Assembly: GCA_963666345.1 (NCBI GenBank)
Contig: OY762721.1
Location: 256,001-320,000, forward strand
Direction of reading: 5' to 3'
Source: Desulfatiglandales bacterium
GTDB taxonomy: Bacteria > Desulfobacterota > DSM-4660 > Desulfatiglandales > Desulfatiglandaceae
Length of the DNA stretch: 64,000 bases
Of this stretch, positions 59,055-64,000 are shown piece after piece. The notes below the pieces were generated by a model, which saw only the letters and a program-made list of their open reading frames with translations, was not told the DNA's origin and did not search any database. The translations under genes and the position numbers were made by a program. Numbering within the stretch: position 1 is the stretch's first letter; the number at the start of each line of letters is the position of its first letter.

Positions 59055-60212
59055 TTGGAGCAGGTGGATGTCCGAAGAACCGGATCTGTATTTATCTATT
59101 CGGAAGAAATGGGCTGGTTTGATTTCGGTCCTGACCATCCTTTTAAACCTGAGAGGGCCACAAAAACCTTTGATCTTTGCACCAGGTATGGGGTCATGAA
59201 TTACCCCTGGATGAAGATCATAGAGCCTGAGCCACTCAATCCCGACCTATTAGGACTCTTTCACGGATCAAAATATCTCTCCCTGCTTGAAGATGCGAGC
59301 AGAGGCAATATAAGGCTTGAGATGCTTGAGAGGGGGCTGGGTACCGCAGACAACCCAGTGCTGCCAAGGATATATGAGTGGTCTCTTATGGCTGCAGGAG
59401 GAACATGCAGGGCCGCAAACGATATCATGAACGGCGACGCCCTTGTCGGGTTCAATCCTCTCGGGGGATTCCATCACGCCATGCCCGATAATGCAGAGGG
59501 TTTCTGCTACATCAATGATATTGTAACCTCAATAATGTTTTTACTTAAGACAAGAAAAGAGCAGAGGATAGTATATCTTGATTTTGACGCCCATCATGGA
59601 AATGGGGTCCAGGAGGCCTTTTACGGTGATCCAAGAGTCCTGTTCATGTCCCTGCATGAAACCGGCAGAGAGCTTTACCCATGGTCAGGGTTTGAAACGG
59701 AGACAGGGACGGGAAAAGGTAGAGGGTATAACGTAAACATACCGCTTGAACCGGGCACGGACGACGAGGTCTATTCCTATGTATGTGAAGAAGCGGTTTA
59801 TCCCCTTATCAGATCCTTTTCACCCGACATGATCTTTGTCCTTCTGGGGGCCGACACCCTCGTCTCCGACCCGCTTACTCACCTCAAACTTACCAATAAC
59901 GGTTACCAGAGCGCGCTGAAAGGTATAATAGATATATGCCCCAGGATTCTCGGACTGGGAGGGGGGGGGTATGATCTCTACAGGACTGCCAGGTGCTGGA
60001 CGCTCGCATGGTCCATTCTCAACAGGGTGGTTCCCAAGGACGAATTTGCAGGGCTTGTGGGAGGCATGATGTTCGGACCGGAGATGGAGGTCGGAAGCCT
60101 TTACGACCACCCATACCAGAGCGAAGGTGAAGTCAAGGAAGTCGCTTTCAGGGAAGCCCGGAGGGTGGTCGAATTCATAAAAAAGGAAATCTTTCCGTTT
60201 TACGATCTATAG
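59055..60212 (+). CDS. acuC: Zn-dependent deacetylase, AcuC/HDAC family
   Basis: HPFKPER, GGFHHA, GFCYIND, DFDAHHGNG, SLHE, GADT..SDPL, GGGGY. Confidence 0.9.
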   Translation: MEQVDVRRTGSVFIYSEEMGWFDFGPDHPFKPERATKTFDLCTRYGVMNYPWMKIIEPEPLNPDLLGLFHGSKYLSLLEDASRGNIRLEMLERGLGTADNPVLPRIYEWSLMAAGGTCRAANDIMNGDALVGFNPLGGFHHAMPDNAEGFCYINDIVTSIMFLLKTRKEQRIVYLDFDAHHGNGVQEAFYGDPRVLFMSLHETGRELYPWSGFETETGTGKGRGYNVNIPLEPGTDDEVYSYVCEEAVYPLIRSFSPDMIFVLLGADTLVSDPLTHLKLTNNGYQSALKGIIDICPRILGLGGGGYDLYRTARCWTLAWSILNRVVPKDEFAGLVGGMMFGPEMEVGSLYDHPYQSEGEVKEVAFREARRVVEFIKKEIFPFYDL

Positions 60213-60235
60213 ATTTTACCGGGACTCATCTGCAT

Positions 60236-60808
60236 TCAGACCCTCACGCCCAGGGGCAGCATCGTCCTGCCATATACCTCGTTTAGTACCTGCGCCACAG
60301 CTGCATAGATGGCGGAAAAACCGCAGAAGATCCCTTCCCATCCGGCAAGGATCCCTATGACCCTGCTGCCGGTGATGTGGTGAAGGGCAAGCAGCCAGAA
60401 AAGCAGGGACAGAGAAAGGAATATCGTTTGAAGCGCCCTGTTGAGTTTCAAGGTACCGATAAACATGCAAAATGTGAAAAGCCCCCACATGAACAGATAC
60501 CAGCTGAAAGATACGTTGCTCTGTTTGACCTCCCACCATCCCAGATTAGCGAAAACCAGCAGGAATACGAGTGTCATCCAGAAAAGGCCGAACGAACAAA
60601 AGGCCGTCGTACCGAAGGTATTTCCTTTTCTGAATTCCATTACACCGGCGATTATCTGTGCAAAGCCTCCATAGAATATCCCCATTGCGAGTATCATGGT
60701 ATCAAGGGGATAGAAACCGGCATTGTGGATATTGAGAAGCACGGTGGTCATTCCGAATCCCATAAGCCCCAGCGGGGCAGGATTTGACAGCGAATCTGAT
60801 TGGGCCAT
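60236..60808 (-). CDS. satP: Acetate uptake transporter (GPR1/FUN34/YaaH, SatP)
   Basis: [27 protein letters not shown]; about six TM helices. Confidence 0.93.
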   Translation of the reverse strand: MAQSDSLSNPAPLGLMGFGMTTVLLNIHNAGFYPLDTMILAMGIFYGGFAQIIAGVMEFRKGNTFGTTAFCSFGLFWMTLVFLLVFANLGWWEVKQSNVSFSWYLFMWGLFTFCMFIGTLKLNRALQTIFLSLSLLFWLLALHHITGSRVIGILAGWEGIFCGFSAIYAAVAQVLNEVYGRTMLPLGVRV

Positions 60809-60955
60809 TAGTTCACCTCCTGATGAGATAGGTACAGAAGCGGACTGCTCTCATTTTCATATGATTTTTCTCAAGTTCAGATCGAGCTGATTATCCCGGC
60901 CCTCCGGTTTTAGTGAGAAGCCGGGATATTGATTAAAACCGCCTTCCTTGAGCCT

Positions 60956-62935
60956 CTACTGTCTTCCTGATACCAGACTTTCCACTACATCCGGATCCGC
61001 AAGAGTGGAGGTATCACCCAGTTCGTCGATATGACCTTCCGCTATCTTTCTAAGAATTCTCCTCATGATCTTGCCGCTTCTCGTCTTTGGAAGCGCCTCG
61101 GTAAAATGCAGTTTGTCGGGAGAGGCGATCGGACCTATCTCCTTTCTCACATGAGCGACAAGTTTCTTTTTCAGCTCATCGCTGGGCTCATAGCCATTCT
61201 TAAGGGTCACAAAGGCATAAATCCCCTGCCCCTTTATCTCATGAGGAAATCCCACCACCGCGGACTCCGCTACGGCGGCATGGGCCACGAGCGCGCTTTC
61301 TACCTCGGCGGTTCCCATCCTGTGACCCGAAACATTTATGACATCATCCACCCGGCCCATGAGCCAGAAATAACCATCCTCGTCTTTTCTGGCTCCATCC
61401 CCTGAAAAATAGTACCCGGGATAGTCTTCAAAATACTGCTTCTTGAATCGTTCAGGGTCGCCGTAAACCGTACGCATAAATCCCGGCCACGGTTTTTTTA
61501 TGCACAAATGGCCTCCCTCATTAACATCGCATTCGGTACCGTCCTGCCTCAAAATCACCGGTTCAACACCGAAAAACGGCACCGTCGCCGATCCCGGCTT
61601 CATAGGCATTGCCCCTGGAAGTGACGCGATCAGGTGCCCCCCCGTCTCGGTCTGCCACCAGGTATCCACAATGGGACACCTTTCCTTCCCGACAACCTTG
61701 TAATACCACATCCATGCCTCGGGATTGATCGGCTCACCAACGCTGGCAAGGAGCCTGAGACTGCTCAGGTCCCTTTTGTTGACCCACTCATCGCCGTTTC
61801 GCATTATCGCGCGGATTGCGGTCGGTGCCGTATAAAATACATTTACACTGTAACGCTCGACCACCTCCCAGAAACGGTCCGGCTCAGGATAGTTGGGAAC
61901 CCCTTCAAACATCAAAGAGGTTGCCCCCAGGGCTAGCGGCCCATATACGATATAGCTGTGGCCAGTAACCCAGCCGATATCCGCCGTGCACCAGTACACA
62001 TCTTCATCTCTTAAATCAAAGACATATTTCACGGTAAGCATTGTGAAAAGCAGGTACCCGGCCGTTGTGTGAAGTACTCCTTTAGGTTTTCCGGTGCTGC
62101 CGCTGGTGTACAGGATAAAAAGAGGATCCTCGGAATCCATCGGTTCCACTTCACATTTGTGTGAGGCGCCTTTCATAAGCTCATCCCACCAGTAATCCCG
62201 GCCTGATACCATTTCAGTATCCTTGTCGATCCTCCTTACCACAACGCAGTTCTTCACACCTGGACAAGCCTTAAGCGCTGTGTCCGCGTTCTTTTTTGTG
62301 TCGAGGACCCTGCCTGAACGGTACCCGTAGTTGCAGGTGATTATCGTTTCCGCCTTGCAGTCCAGTATCCTGTCCTTCAGGGCATCAGCGCTGAATCCGC
62401 CGAACACCACACTATGGATAGCGCCGATGCGGGCGCATGCGAGCATGGAGATCGACAACTCAGGGATCATTGGCAGATAAATGGACACGCGGTCACCTTT
62501 TTTTACTCCAAGCCCTTTGAGCACATTGGCAAACTTGCAGACCTCCCGGTGAAGCTCCTGATACGTATAAGTGCGTGAATCTTCCAGAGGCTCACCCTGA
62601 AAAATAAGAGCGGCCTTGTTTTTTCTCCATCCCCCAAGGTGGCGGTCAAGGCAGTTATAACAGGCATTAAGCTTGCCCCCTGCAAAATATCGCAGAAAGA
62701 TGTCATCCCTGAAACTGTACTGTTCAACAGGACCGTCCCATTTGACAAACCAGTCGAGATTTTCTTGCGCCATCTCACCCCAGAATCCTTCAGGATCTTC
62801 GATAGACTTCCTGTAAAGGACCTCATACTCTTTCATAGTCTTTACCCGCGACTTGGCCACAAAATCCTGAGGTGGTTCAAATATCCGCTTTTCCGCATAT
62901 ACCGATTCCATCCTGTTCGTAGTTTGTTCGGCCAT
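60956..62935 (-). CDS. acs: Acetyl-CoA synthetase (AMP-forming)
   Basis: [53 protein letters not shown] with the acetylatable Lys. Confidence 0.98.
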   Translation of the reverse strand: MAEQTTNRMESVYAEKRIFEPPQDFVAKSRVKTMKEYEVLYRKSIEDPEGFWGEMAQENLDWFVKWDGPVEQYSFRDDIFLRYFAGGKLNACYNCLDRHLGGWRKNKAALIFQGEPLEDSRTYTYQELHREVCKFANVLKGLGVKKGDRVSIYLPMIPELSISMLACARIGAIHSVVFGGFSADALKDRILDCKAETIITCNYGYRSGRVLDTKKNADTALKACPGVKNCVVVRRIDKDTEMVSGRDYWWDELMKGASHKCEVEPMDSEDPLFILYTSGSTGKPKGVLHTTAGYLLFTMLTVKYVFDLRDEDVYWCTADIGWVTGHSYIVYGPLALGATSLMFEGVPNYPEPDRFWEVVERYSVNVFYTAPTAIRAIMRNGDEWVNKRDLSSLRLLASVGEPINPEAWMWYYKVVGKERCPIVDTWWQTETGGHLIASLPGAMPMKPGSATVPFFGVEPVILRQDGTECDVNEGGHLCIKKPWPGFMRTVYGDPERFKKQYFEDYPGYYFSGDGARKDEDGYFWLMGRVDDVINVSGHRMGTAEVESALVAHAAVAESAVVGFPHEIKGQGIYAFVTLKNGYEPSDELKKKLVAHVRKEIGPIASPDKLHFTEALPKTRSGKIMRRILRKIAEGHIDELGDTSTLADPDVVESLVSGRQ

Positions 62936-63313
62936 TTCAATCCCCCTGTTTTAATTTGAGATGCAGTTGGGAAATCACCCCTTAATTATTTATGGCTGTC
63001 AATCAGTATTGAATGATCCGGATGTATGTTTCCCCGGATCCCGGCCATCCGGTCCGTAACATGAAAAACCTGACAGCGATAAACAGGCATATTCTCGGAC
63101 ATGCTCTTGGACATGCCTGCAATCAGGCTTCAGTGATTATAATTAGATATTAAGAAACCGAGGATGTCTATCAGGACAATCCTGTTTTTCAGGTAGGGAG
63201 TTTTACCGGTCGGAACGTTTGAATCGCTCCGGTAAAACATGAGAGTCAATAAGATTTTAGCTCATATATTCAGGATGTTAGACTTATGCTTAAGCCTTTT
63301 TATTTAAGATATC

Positions 63314-63961
63314 TCAGATTTTTATCAGGTTTTTTCTGATTGCGATCTTTGTAAGCTCTATGATTGATCCTACGTTCATCTTTTCCATGATATTATATTT
63401 GTGGGATTCAACGGTCTTACTCGAGATACAGAGCTTCTCGCTGATATCCTTAATCGCAAGACCTTCGGCCAGGAGGAGGAAAACCTCCCTCTCTCTTATG
63501 CTGAGGCTCTCCAGCAGATCCTTCTTCCCCTCGGCAAGTTCCCTGATATGGTCCTGCAGGATCGCATGGACCTTTTCACTTAAATAGACACCTCCATGCA
63601 TCGCGGCCTTTATGGCAAAGATGAGTTCCGTCATGGGGTCTTCCTTGAGCACGTACGAACTGATACCGGTCTGAAACAGATCGATTACGTACTCCCGGTC
63701 CGAATGCATGGTAAAGACGATTATACGGATATTAGGTTCGATCTTTTTTATCTGCATGGCAATCGCAATGCCGTTCATATCAGGCATGGATATATCGGTT
63801 ATAACGATATCCGGTCTAAGCGACCTTACATACATCATCGCCTGCACACCGCTTGTGGCCTCTCCCACCACCTGGAATTGAGTCTCGCCACTCAATGCGG
63901 CCTTTATTCCTTCAATTACCACCCTGTGATCATCGGCAATTAAGACCTTTTTCCCGCCCAA
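63314..63961 (-). CDS. NarL/LuxR-family response regulator
   Basis: LIADDH, ITDISMP, YVLK, LSIREREV...LAEG...ISSKTVESHKYNIMEK. Confidence 0.95.
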   Translation of the reverse strand: MGGKKVLIADDHRVVIEGIKAALSGETQFQVVGEATSGVQAMMYVRSLRPDIVITDISMPDMNGIAIAMQIKKIEPNIRIIVFTMHSDREYVIDLFQTGISSYVLKEDPMTELIFAIKAAMHGGVYLSEKVHAILQDHIRELAEGKKDLLESLSIREREVFLLLAEGLAIKDISEKLCISSKTVESHKYNIMEKMNVGSIIELTKIAIRKNLIKI

Positions 63962-64000
63962 TTCACCTTCCCTCCGCCATGACTCGTTACAAAACAGACG

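Overview
A 64-kb chromosomal segment of an anaerobic bacterium; the gene content suggests Desulfobacterota/deltaproteobacteria (inference). It is mostly housekeeping and signalling genes: cobB, cooT, amrB, plsB, ppdK, rfbB, plsC, glmS, serS, acs, tRNA-Leu(UAA) and several two-component systems. (1) The centre holds two paralogous hdrA-mvhD-metV-metF modules separated by a kinase/sigma-54 regulator cassette. In the second module hdrA and mvhD each carry an in-frame TGA at a Cys-aligned site followed by a SECIS-like hairpin, i.e. they are selenoproteins that the ORF track splits. The first module is Cys-only. A third, divergent metF and a -24/-12 promoter precede the Sec module. (2) A decayed accessory patch (~6.2-12.7 kb) lies on the 3' side of tRNA-Leu. 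It holds a GC-rich ADH, a 5'-truncated HigB-type toxin with intact antitoxin, a frameshifted IS200 tnpA, ADP-ribosylglycohydrolase remnants, and an unannotated 61-aa Cys-rich ORF with an in-frame UGA plus SECIS-like hairpin (candidate new selenoprotein). (3) An acetate-activation locus (acs, satP, AcuC-type deacetylase) includes a divergent hypothetical gene with GNAT-like motifs, a candidate new Acs acetylation switch. No CRISPR array, rRNA or integrase was seen. All calls come from reading motifs by eye; no database searches were run.
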